DNA of 21,953 bases from a virus: IMG/VR virus record IMGVR_UViG_3300029156_000002, positions 85,023 to 106,975 of that record; one strand, written 5' to 3'. The position numbers and the translations under genes are program-made. Shown in pieces: positions 7,671-15,258 of the stretch. The notes under the pieces are model-generated. The model saw nothing but the letters and a program-made list of their open reading frames with translations, was not told the origin of the DNA and did no database searches. Within the stretch, counting starts at the first letter, position 1, and each line of letters opens with the position of its first letter.

Positions 7671-7671
7671 G

Positions 7672-7917
7672 CTACAGAGCTTCGATAGAGACGATGTCTT
7701 TCAGCTCATGCGTAAAGGCGTCTTCATCGTCAAGGACCACTGTATCAGGCCATTCACAAGAGACGACCCCGGTGCCTGCATCAACCTCTAGCTTCCTGCA
7801 CGTAAACGCAGTTAGCTTCCCTAGCTGTTGAGAACCAGAGCGAAGGGTGATGCGAACATTTGTCCCTACCAGATCGAAAATTTTCGCGATTGCTTTGCTT
7901 GTTTCAAGTGTGTTCAT
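7672..7917 (-). CDS. Small protein with possible Sm/LSm/Hfq-like fold
   Basis: N-terminal helix, then LVGTNVRITLRSGSQQLGKLTAF (Sm1-like) and C-terminal LKDIVSIE (Sm2-like). The ORF is solid; the fold is inference. Confidence 0.6.
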   Translation of the reverse strand: MNTLETSKAIAKIFDLVGTNVRITLRSGSQQLGKLTAFTCRKLEVDAGTGVVSCEWPDTVVLDDEDAFTHELKDIVSIEAL

Positions 7918-7918
7918 T

Positions 7919-8887
7919 TTAAATAGCTACCTGTGTAATGTTGTTTAGGCGGACTGGGGAAAATAACTCATAGGCCCCAAGATCTTCTAGTATGGTTTGC
8001 AGTTCAATTTTGGACGTTGGCGAATCAGGTACGCAGAAAACTTCCAGATCGTCACGGATGCCTCCAACTTCAAAGCTCATTAGCGCTTGAGCTTCATATT
8101 GCTTCACGAGTTCGCGCTTTGATTCTGTAGAACCCCACTCTTCTTTGAGTCGTTCTTTGTAGGCCTTCTTTGTTTCGCACTCTTGGCGATCCAAATCCTC
8201 AGCTTTAGCCGCTTCGATGACAGCATGAACTGAGCCGTGGTGCCTGATAAGCTCTGTGGCAAGCTTCTTGCCGATGCCGGACACGCCTGGGATGTTGTCG
8301 CCTACGTCGCCTACGAGTGCCTTCACATGCGGCACAAAGCGAGGGAGCAAGCCGGTTACCTCTACAACCTCGCGGGGCCCAAGGGCCATGTCAGATGCGT
8401 TGCGCTGCGGAACGATGAGCGTGATTTTTTCGCTAGCGAGTTGCAGCAAATCGCGATCTGTCGAGTAAATCCCTACCGACTTCCCTTCGCGCTCTAACTT
8501 CTTGGCAACGGTCGCCATAATGTCGTCGCCTTCTCCTTTGATGCCGTCCCACTGGGCAATGTTTGTGTGACACAAAAGCTTCTTGAGGATTTGCTGCGCG
8601 CGCTTGACTTTGCGTGAAAGTTCGCTTGGCTCGCGCTGCCCCTTGTACTGTGGGTGAATTTCGAACCGCCAGTTATCGGCGCCGTTCGCCAAACCCTCCC
8701 AGCAAACATGCGGTTCTGCCTCATACCATGAGCGGATCATGAGAAGTTTCTTGACGAACTCAACGATTGTTGGCATGCAAGTCTCCCCGCCTGCCATGTG
8801 ACCCATGCGGTAAAGCAGGTTGTTCGCGTCGACTACAACAACATCGACGTCTGCACAAGGTGTGTCGCTAATCTCAAATGGCATCAT
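7919..8887 (-). CDS. 5'-3' exonuclease / flap endonuclease (PolI N-terminal PIN + H3TH)
   Basis: VDANNLLYR, YKGQR, EGDD, STDRDLLQL and LVGDVGDNIPGVSGIGKK motifs. Confidence 0.93.
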   Translation of the reverse strand: MMPFEISDTPCADVDVVVVDANNLLYRMGHMAGGETCMPTIVEFVKKLLMIRSWYEAEPHVCWEGLANGADNWRFEIHPQYKGQREPSELSRKVKRAQQILKKLLCHTNIAQWDGIKGEGDDIMATVAKKLEREGKSVGIYSTDRDLLQLASEKITLIVPQRNASDMALGPREVVEVTGLLPRFVPHVKALVGDVGDNIPGVSGIGKKLATELIRHHGSVHAVIEAAKAEDLDRQECETKKAYKERLKEEWGSTESKRELVKQYEAQALMSFEVGGIRDDLEVFCVPDSPTSKIELQTILEDLGAYELFSPVRLNNITQVAI

Positions 8888-9513
8888 GGTATGAACTCCG
8901 ATCCTTCAACAATTTTGACTCTGTCTGCGCTGTAGTTGTGCTTAAGTTCGTTCGCAACAAAGTATTGGCATCGCGCCATGTGGGCCAGGATATGCGCGTC
9001 TGCCAAGTCCCCAGCTGTCTCGCTGCTCTTTAGTCCGCAGTCGTATTTGGCCCAGTCTTTCCCGAATTCTTCGCGGCATACGTCGATCATATCGGCCTTG
9101 CTAACGCACCGCCCGCGCCCTGTAGCGAACTTCTTGACCTCCGTTGGTTTCCAAGCTTTGAAAGGCACGGACCATGACATGAGTTGAACTCGCGCAGCGC
9201 CGCCGACTTCACCAATTTGATAAGCGCTATTCGTCTTCGCGCCATAAGCATAATCTTCGATCGCGACGTATGTATCAGCTGGGCAATCGGAGCGCGGATC
9301 AAATACTCCGCTAAGGAAACCTAGCCGCCTTGCGTTGAAGTGCTCTTTGCTTTTGCACGCACCCTCTGGCATCAAGTCGCCTCCCCACGCCTCAGCAACC
9401 TTCTTAATCGTGGTCGTGAAGCTGAAGCTGTCGAGCTTACCTTGCTTGTTGATGACGACGAAACCACTGTGGTTCAGCGCTAGATCCCAACCCTCAAATT
9501 TCATGCGTTTCAT
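8884..9513 (-). CDS. ruvC: RuvC-like Holliday junction resolvase
   Basis: GWDLALNHSG, VAIEDYAYG, EVGG, P.EVKKFATGRG...K and DLADA acidic catalytic pattern. Start at ATG 9513 or 9504. Confidence 0.85.
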   Translation of the reverse strand: MKRMKFEGWDLALNHSGFVVINKQGKLDSFSFTTTIKKVAEAWGGDLMPEGACKSKEHFNARRLGFLSGVFDPRSDCPADTYVAIEDYAYGAKTNSAYQIGEVGGAARVQLMSWSVPFKAWKPTEVKKFATGRGRCVSKADMIDVCREEFGKDWAKYDCGLKSSETAGDLADAHILAHMARCQYFVANELKHNYSADRVKIVEGSEFIP

Positions 9514-9838
9514 CTCCCGGCTCCCCTGGCTCAGGATCTTCACCTGCGTTCCCGTAAACGTTTTGCTCAAGCAGCCTTATGCGAACTTCGTGTTCCATAA
9601 GCTCTTCACGATCAAGCTTCAGCTTTTCTAGCAACGTTAGCGATCCTTGGATCTCAACGATATCGCTATGGTTTACTTCGCGGTTTCTTCGAACCTCGAT
9701 CCAAGCGCCGAGCAACGTAGCGGCCGAGACGACTAACATGTAAAGCCAATCAGGATCTGGAAGATCGAAAAGCAGAAGCGCTACGATCGCTAGCGCGATT
9801 ACTGCACCAATAACAATAACAGGGGAAGTGCTCTTCAC
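9494..9838 (-). CDS. Two-TM membrane protein with coiled-coil C-terminus (holin-like candidate)
   Basis: Two TM segments, then a heptad-like stretch (HEVRIRLLE) and an acidic tail. GTG start overlaps the nrdJ stop. Confidence 0.65.
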   Translation of the reverse strand: MKSTSPVIVIGAVIALAIVALLLFDLPDPDWLYMLVVSAATLLGAWIEVRRNREVNHSDIVEIQGSLTLLEKLKLDREELMEHEVRIRLLEQNVYGNAGEDPEPGEPGDETHEI

Positions 9839-12039
9839 TAGAGATCACATGCTCCAGCCATACAGGCAAGCTCTTGCGCTGCGGTTGTTTGGTCTTCGAT
9901 TTCGAACGCGTAAAGTTGCGCGAAGTCGATGTCTGGGAAAATCTCAACCATGTCGTTGTACTGCTCTTCAGTAATCTCGACATTCGGGGTCTGCTGATAA
10001 ATCGTATCGTCCGCTGGGAGAAAGGCCATACCGCCCACAATCTTTTGGTTCTGGTAAAGCCATTGCATCAAGTCGATGAGTTCATGTGGGTAATAGTAGA
10101 TCGTGCAAGAAGGGTTGTGCTCTGTCCAACACAGCTTATTTTTCTTCCACTCTTCGCACTGCTCAATGGCCGAGACGTCCTTGCGGCATCGTGCGCCCGC
10201 TGGTGCCTTCAAAGGGAATGAAGCAACGATCGTCGTGTCCTCTTTGCCAACAAGCGGCTCAATGGGAACCCCGGCGCTCTCAAGTGTTTTGTGCATCGCG
10301 CCTCCCTTACCAACTTGCACGTTGCGGATCTGGTATTTAGACCAACGCGGCGAAATGCCTGATGAGCATCCAAGCAAAACAGCACTATTTCCGCCTGGCT
10401 TGACGCACGTCACGGCAGCGGCGCGGTTGATACCTAGCTTCGCGGCATACTCTACGTTCGTCTGTACGGCTAACGCTCGCAAGCTCAGAAGCTCATCAGC
10501 AGATAGTGGCTGATCCATCTGCCCCGTGATGTCGACACCAAGCAAAGCCTCTTCTTCGCAGTTGCGCTTCCAATCCTCGCCAAGCCGCGGGAAGTATGTG
10601 GCGCTGCTCTGAATCGTTCCGATGATGGCAGCGATGCGCACAGCCTCTGCAAGCTCCTCGTACGTCTGCTCAGGGCGCGAGACAGCGATCGTTAGGTTGC
10701 AGAACTGCCCGCTACGCAAGACAATCTCACAGCAGGGATTAGTCCCAAGGCCCCAGCCAACTCCAGTAAAATCGCGGCGATTAGGAGACATCTCCATCGC
10801 GTTCTTGCGGCTGAAAATCCCTGGCTCGCCCGCTTTAGATTCATTCATCTCTAAGACAAGTTCAGCGATCTCTTGCGCTGTCAGTTCACGATCTGGCCAA
10901 ACCATCGAGTTGTTTGCGTTCGTGCGCCACTTCGCGGTCTCATACCAGTTCCCGTGCTTGGCACGGCGCATCTCGCGGTCGTCCCAGTCAAACAGAGAAA
11001 TCATAGCTGTGCGCCGCACGCCGCCTTGAACAACGCAATCGCCAATTACGCACATGATGTCATGAACGTCTAGTGCCCGAAGCTGTTCGTCTTGGCGAGA
11101 AAGGATCTTGTCGCGAACGAAGTTCAGCATTTTGCGCAAAGGCTCTGGGCCGCTGGACGTGCCGCCTTTGACTTTCAGGATGCTCCCGGCTGGGCGAATG
11201 CGAGAATAGTCAAACTCAACGTCGGTGCCGGCAAACCAAGCTTTTAGGCCTGCATCTAAAGCATCTTCCCAGCCTTCTGAAGAATCATCTATGGTGTAGA
11301 CGTCGGCTTGCCCAGTTCTTTGCTTTTCAACTCTCGGGAGGTCATCGACAAAACGGCGTTCAACCGAAAAGCCAACGCCACAGCCACACATGGAATTGCT
11401 AAGGGCCTCAACGAATACCTTAAGAGAATTAACGCCATTGTAAGAACAGTTGTAAATACATGCATTGTTTCGTCTTGCTGGGGCACCTGCCATTGCAAGC
11501 ATTCGCATAGAAGGCATAGCCCGGTGCTGTAGCATTGCTTTGCGAATAAGCGCAAAATCCTCTTCTGAGATTTTGCCGTCGCTTAGCTCGCGCAAGAAAT
11601 CGAGCGTGCGATCAACTGTCTCGACCCATGTTTCGCGACGATTCAATTCGTGATTGAACCGAGCATACTTGTCGTAGAACTGAAATTCTTGGATCGCCGT
11701 TGGGAAGAATCTCTTCGATTCCTGAAACGCCTTCGCAACCTCAGGGGGAACGGCACGGCCGCGCTCTTTCGCTTGAGCGTCGCGATAGAGGATGTATGCT
11801 TTCGCTGCATCAAATTGAGCGTGCTGGAGGAGCTGACGTTCTACTTCGTCTTGCACGTCTTCAACGGTAAGTGCGCCCGTGAGGCCGAGGGCTTGAACGA
11901 CATCATGCGTTAGAGTGTAAACTAACTCCTTAACTTCTCCAGCCTGAATAGCTGCGAAACAGGCAAAAAGAGCGCCTTGAATTTTCTCAGCATCAAACGG
12001 TGCGACTGTTCCGTCGCGTTTCGTAATCTTGTAGGTCAT
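9838..12039 (-). CDS. nrdJ: Class II (adenosylcobalamin-dependent) ribonucleotide reductase with N-terminal ATP cone
   Basis: ATP cone (KRDG...FD..KI...AKAYILYR), PSMR, YNCS, GCGVGF, GGVRRTA, NPCCEI, TCVKPGG, EHNPS and C-terminal CMAGAC redox pair. Confidence 0.94.
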   Translation of the reverse strand: MTYKITKRDGTVAPFDAEKIQGALFACFAAIQAGEVKELVYTLTHDVVQALGLTGALTVEDVQDEVERQLLQHAQFDAAKAYILYRDAQAKERGRAVPPEVAKAFQESKRFFPTAIQEFQFYDKYARFNHELNRRETWVETVDRTLDFLRELSDGKISEEDFALIRKAMLQHRAMPSMRMLAMAGAPARRNNACIYNCSYNGVNSLKVFVEALSNSMCGCGVGFSVERRFVDDLPRVEKQRTGQADVYTIDDSSEGWEDALDAGLKAWFAGTDVEFDYSRIRPAGSILKVKGGTSSGPEPLRKMLNFVRDKILSRQDEQLRALDVHDIMCVIGDCVVQGGVRRTAMISLFDWDDREMRRAKHGNWYETAKWRTNANNSMVWPDRELTAQEIAELVLEMNESKAGEPGIFSRKNAMEMSPNRRDFTGVGWGLGTNPCCEIVLRSGQFCNLTIAVSRPEQTYEELAEAVRIAAIIGTIQSSATYFPRLGEDWKRNCEEEALLGVDITGQMDQPLSADELLSLRALAVQTNVEYAAKLGINRAAAVTCVKPGGNSAVLLGCSSGISPRWSKYQIRNVQVGKGGAMHKTLESAGVPIEPLVGKEDTTIVASFPLKAPAGARCRKDVSAIEQCEEWKKNKLCWTEHNPSCTIYYYPHELIDLMQWLYQNQKIVGGMAFLPADDTIYQQTPNVEITEEQYNDMVEIFPDIDFAQLYAFEIEDQTTAAQELACMAGACDL

Positions 12040-12194
12040 TCAGAATCGGCAGCTTTGGACATGAGGTAAATAATGCTTGTGAGTGCGTTGGCAAAGAGAA
12101 TAGGATCTACGTCGATTTTTTCGCAGTGCTCTATAATCTCGACCGCAAACTCAGAAATCTCACTAAACGCTTCTTGTGTTTCTTCGTTTTCCAT
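12036..12194 (-). CDS. Acidic 52 aa hypothetical protein MENEETQEAFSEISEFAVEIIEHCEKIDVDPILFANALTSIIYLMSKAADSE
   Basis: Manual translation. The stop overlaps the nrdJ ATG (ATGA), and the start is 1 nt after the CCA of tRNA-Thr. Confidence 0.65.
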   Translation of the reverse strand: MENEETQEAFSEISEFAVEIIEHCEKIDVDPILFANALTSIIYLMSKAADSE

Positions 12195-12195
12195 G

Positions 12196-12269
12196 TGGAG
12201 CCGCGTGAGGGAATCGAACCCCCATCATCTGATTACAAAACAGAAGCTTTGCCACTAAGCTAACGCGGC
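12196..12269 (-). tRNA. tRNA-Thr(UGU)
   Basis: Acceptor GCCGCGT/ACGCGGC, D stem GCTT/AAGC, anticodon loop TTTGTAA, T arm GGGGG-TTCGATT-CCCTC and encoded CCA. U31:U39 mismatch. Confidence 0.9.
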
Positions 12270-12271
12270 TA

Positions 12272-12360
12272 GGGTGCCTTGAGTTGGGGATTCGAACCCC
12301 TGCCCGCCGGATTTAGACACCACCCTGATTCACCGGAACAATCGGGGAAGACTCAAGGGC
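12272..12360 (-). tRNA. Aberrant tRNA-like element with CUA (amber) triplet at the anticodon position; suppressor or pseudo-tRNA
   Basis: 8 bp stem CCTTGAGT/ACTCAAGG and T arm GGGG-TTCGAAT-CCCC. Loop GTCTAAA sits at canonical spacing from the T arm. D region enlarged, anticodon stem weak, no perfect CCA. Confidence 0.55.
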
Positions 12361-12363
12361 TTT

Positions 12364-12449
12364 TGGCTGAGGGGGCCGGGTTCGAACCGGCATGGGCGTA
12401 CTCGCCACTCATTAACAGTGAGCTGCATTTCCAGTTATGCTACCCCCCA
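12364..12449 (-). tRNA. tRNA-Asn(GUU) with long variable arm, 86 nt
   Basis: Acceptor TGGGGGG/CCCCTCA, G73 and CCA; D stem GCAT/ATGC; anticodon arm GCTCA-CTGTTAA-TGAGT; variable hairpin GGCG-AGTA-CGCC; T arm GCCGG-TTCGAAC-CCGGC. Confidence 0.9.
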
Positions 12450-12479
12450 AAAGCCAAGGAGCATTTTCAGCTCCCCAGC
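12449..12479 (-). terminator. Terminator-like hairpin between the SSB gene and the tRNA cluster
   Basis: Minus strand GCTGGGGAGC-TGAAAAT-GCTCCTTGGC (10 bp with three G:U pairs) followed by TTTT. Confidence 0.5.
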
Positions 12480-12489
12480 AAATGACTTA

Positions 12490-13296
12490 CTATTCTTCCA
12501 TGCCTTCAGGCGATTCGGCTGGAATGCCATAAAGCTTTTCGTTAATCTCCGATGGAGACGGAGCAAACTTTTCCGCAAGAACAGTAAACAGATCACAGTA
12601 GCCGCCCGGTCGAGTTGCGTCTGCGATATCTGCTTTTAGCTCGTCAGTAAGAACAGCTGTAGCGTTGTCACCGTCAGCCATTTTCAGCTTATATGTGGTA
12701 TCGTTGAACTCGCGACCCTCTCGTTCAAACGAGACAAGCGCGGGGTTCTCTGGATCGAACAACTTCGGGCCTTCGCCATCGCCCAACAACTTATAAATTC
12801 CCGCCTGAATGTGCGGGTTCTTGCGGTTGCCTTCTTTCGCGATGATATACTTTGGCTTCGTGTAGATGTTCTCAAATTCACCCTTGCCTGGTCGGCGTCG
12901 GTGCCAGAGAGGAACGATAACCCAAGCAAACTGATCCTTAGCTTGAGCTCCCTTAGCGTCTTTCGAACTAAGGTTTTCTCGAATGTACTTCGCAATGGGG
13001 CACGGAGTAGGAGGGTCGAAGGGAAGTGCCGCGCGCATGTGAGGGTTGTCGATCAGAGGGTTAACGTTAGGATCGTAGCTCATTGCGCTGCGACCTACGC
13101 CGTCTTCCTTTTTCCCGATCTTTCCGCCATGCATCGCGACAGAAACCCATGCACGACCACGTGTTGAAGGATGGTCATCCCCGTCACGCTGAAAGGGAAC
13201 AAGAACGCAAAGTGTCTCGCCCTCGTCGAAAATGTGGTTGTTCTTCTCTTGCGATTGTACGGCCGTTTTGGCCATTGCTGCGTAATCAAGTGTCAT
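12490..13296 (-). CDS. Probable single-stranded DNA-binding protein (gp32-like)
   Basis: H...CPI putative zinc site, FDPEN...FEREG...DTTY pattern and acidic C-terminal tail; located in the replication module. Confidence 0.6.
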   Translation of the reverse strand: MTLDYAAMAKTAVQSQEKNNHIFDEGETLCVLVPFQRDGDDHPSTRGRAWVSVAMHGGKIGKKEDGVGRSAMSYDPNVNPLIDNPHMRAALPFDPPTPCPIAKYIRENLSSKDAKGAQAKDQFAWVIVPLWHRRRPGKGEFENIYTKPKYIIAKEGNRKNPHIQAGIYKLLGDGEGPKLFDPENPALVSFEREGREFNDTTYKLKMADGDNATAVLTDELKADIADATRPGGYCDLFTVLAEKFAPSPSEINEKLYGIPAESPEGMEE

Positions 13297-13297
13297 T

Positions 13298-13702
13298 TTA
13301 CTTCTTCGTTTCTTCGTTATTTTGTGTAGATGAGTTAATATTCAAATGATCGTTTGATGGATTATTCTGTTGTTCTTCTTTTTTCAGCCAAGGGTTAATC
13401 TTGGCAATATTTGCTCTTGCGGCAGTAAAGGCAAGCTGAAACCGCTCGGGAACGTCGACTTCACCAAACGGGCTTGTAAATTTCATAGCCGCGAGCTTTT
13501 TTACTCCGAAGCGCCCAAAGCCGTGGACCTTCACATCTTTTCCCAGCGCAATCTGATCAACGATTGTCCTGAACAGGGCGTTAAATTCGCGATGGATGCT
13601 GAAGCGATGTGCGCAGTGTGGGCATTCCACGGCATAAAGATGCTTCTCTTTAAGGATCTCGGTTAACGCACGAGAAGGACGCTTTATTTTTCGTGACGGC
13701 AA
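13298..13702 (-). CDS. HU/IHF-family DNA-binding protein with N-terminal CxxC
   Basis: I...IALGKDVKVHGFGRF.V and V.VPER..L.F.A HU signature. TTG start with GAGG upstream. Confidence 0.8.
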   Translation of the reverse strand: MPSRKIKRPSRALTEILKEKHLYAVECPHCAHRFSIHREFNALFRTIVDQIALGKDVKVHGFGRFGVKKLAAMKFTSPFGEVDVPERFQLAFTAARANIAKINPWLKKEEQQNNPSNDHLNINSSTQNNEETKK

Positions 13703-13762
13703 ACGATCGAACCCTCATATAGTTAAACACCAAACAGGATCACAAATGACCCCCCTCGTCAA

Positions 13763-14683
13763 CTATTTTGACGTGAGAATTCTCTCAATGCCTTTATGCT
13801 TCCATGCCTGCCTAGCAATATGATCTAGACGACCAATATTGCGAGCGTTGTCAAGAGCGCGCAACGCTTTAGGCAATCGAACGTTAGCACGATGAAAGCG
13901 GCCAGGAAGCAGCACACGGCCAATATGAGAGACTGACTCAACATTACCATCAAACAGCATCGCCACTAAAGGCAACGCCCACTGAGCTGCTCCGGCGTTC
14001 CTGGCGAAACGGCGCGAGACGGGGTAAACTGCGTCCCCCGTCCCAAGCGAGAAAACTTCAATGCATTCAAGCGGGATGTGCATTGCTACAAGCTCAGCTA
14101 CACCGCAAAGTGCAGGGTTGTTGACAACAATGCTTCCGTCAACCAGCGAAACTCGTTCACCCCGAACTTTCATTTCGTGGGCTGGGAAGTAGATAGGTGC
14201 CGAAGAGCTAGCTTTGATAACGTCGCGCAGCCGGTAATTCTCGTGATCCTTTTTGTGGCTCTTGAAAAAAACGGCTTTCGTGTTGGTCACGTCATACGCC
14301 GGAACAACTAGATTAGCTTTCAGTTCACCTAGCCTCAAATCGCCGAGCTCTTTTTTCAAAGCATTTTCCAGCCCCTTGTCTGAATACTTTGGTGCTGAAA
14401 TGCCTGATCGAAACGCCCGACCGATCCGTTTAAAAAACCACCTAGCTCCGCTTTCGAAAATTTGATCGCCGTGTTCGGTGTACAGACCTATAAGCTCTTT
14501 GGCCGGACGACCTGACGCAATCAAGCCGCCTAGAATAGCCCCTGTGCTGGTCCCGCAGATCATATCGAATTCTTTGTAAAGAGGCTTTCCAAGTTTTTGT
14601 TCCAGATGAAAAAGCCAACGTGCAGGGATGATTCCGCGAACCCCGCCGCCATCAATTGATAGTACTTTATATGTCTTCGCCAT
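13763..14683 (-). CDS. Patatin-like phospholipase (CapV-like subfamily)
   Basis: LSIDGGGVRG oxyanion loop, GTSTG nucleophile, ASSSAP.YFP and DGS...NNP. Confidence 0.92.
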   Translation of the reverse strand: MAKTYKVLSIDGGGVRGIIPARWLFHLEQKLGKPLYKEFDMICGTSTGAILGGLIASGRPAKELIGLYTEHGDQIFESGARWFFKRIGRAFRSGISAPKYSDKGLENALKKELGDLRLGELKANLVVPAYDVTNTKAVFFKSHKKDHENYRLRDVIKASSSAPIYFPAHEMKVRGERVSLVDGSIVVNNPALCGVAELVAMHIPLECIEVFSLGTGDAVYPVSRRFARNAGAAQWALPLVAMLFDGNVESVSHIGRVLLPGRFHRANVRLPKALRALDNARNIGRLDHIARQAWKHKGIERILTSK

Positions 14684-14798
14684 GGGTTGAACTCCACTCT
14701 CTAATCTTTTCTGACGCCTTCAGACCAACGCCAACACCTAGCGTCAACCCGCCAATGCAAATAATCCAGGCAGCCCACATAGGTATAGTTTCATTCAT
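14667..14798 (-). CDS. Small single-TM protein, 43 aa
   Basis: MNETIPMWAAWIICIGGLTLGVGVGLK...; ATG at 14798 overlaps the upstream stop. The longer ORF-track version overlaps another gene. Confidence 0.55.
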   Translation of the reverse strand: MNETIPMWAAWIICIGGLTLGVGVGLKASEKIREWSSTHGEDI

Positions 14799-15258
14799 CG
14801 TCGGCAACCTCGCTTTCTTTGATCTTCTTCTTGCCCTTGCATTTCCAGCAAGGGTGTCTCTGATTTGAGTTGACCCCAAAGCCCGGCAAATCCCCAGCAC
14901 CACGGCATACCGGGCAAGAAACTTCTTCTTCTTTGTTGCCGAATGGGTTGTGTGGATCAGGCAATCCGAACTGTGACGATATGCGGATCGTTGCAATCTC
15001 CAAGCCGGATGTGCTTATGTTGCCGCTAGGCAGAACTTCAAGATGCTCTTTAGCTTTGAAGGCCATCTCAGTAGACGGCTCCCGTTCCTTGAGAATCACG
15101 TAGGAAGTAACTTGCGTAAATATTTCAGTTCGCTTCGACCCGTAATCGATCGCGAATCCCTGAAGCTCCATGTAGTAAAACGCTTCATCACGTACCGCGC
15201 CGAAGAATTCCCAACTAAAACGAACCTCAAACTTTTCGCCAAGGTGAATGCGCCTCAT
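14791..15258 (-). CDS. Hypothetical protein with C-terminal DnaJ-type zinc finger
   Basis: CPVCRGAG and CWKCKGKK repeats; ATG at 15258 overlaps the dnaE TGA. Confidence 0.72.
   Translation of the reverse strand: MRRIHLGEKFEVRFSWEFFGAVRDEAFYYMELQGFAIDYGSKRTEIFTQVTSYVILKEREPSTEMAFKAKEHLEVLPSGNISTSGLEIATIRISSQFGLPDPHNPFGNKEEEVSCPVCRGAGDLPGFGVNSNQRHPCWKCKGKKKIKESEVADDE

Noticed and set aside
12196-12449. tRNAs as a prophage attachment site, or a CRISPR array
   Set aside because: Phage-type genes continue on both sides, and no integrase, duplicated tRNA end or repeat-spacer pattern was seen.
13735-13762. TTGACG possible promoter and small TGAC/GTCA hairpin upstream of the HU-like gene
   Set aside because: No acceptable -10 at 16-18 bp, and the stem is only 4 bp.
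13763-14683. Complete CBASS operon
   Set aside because: No CD-NTase or Cap2/Cap3 neighbours in the window.
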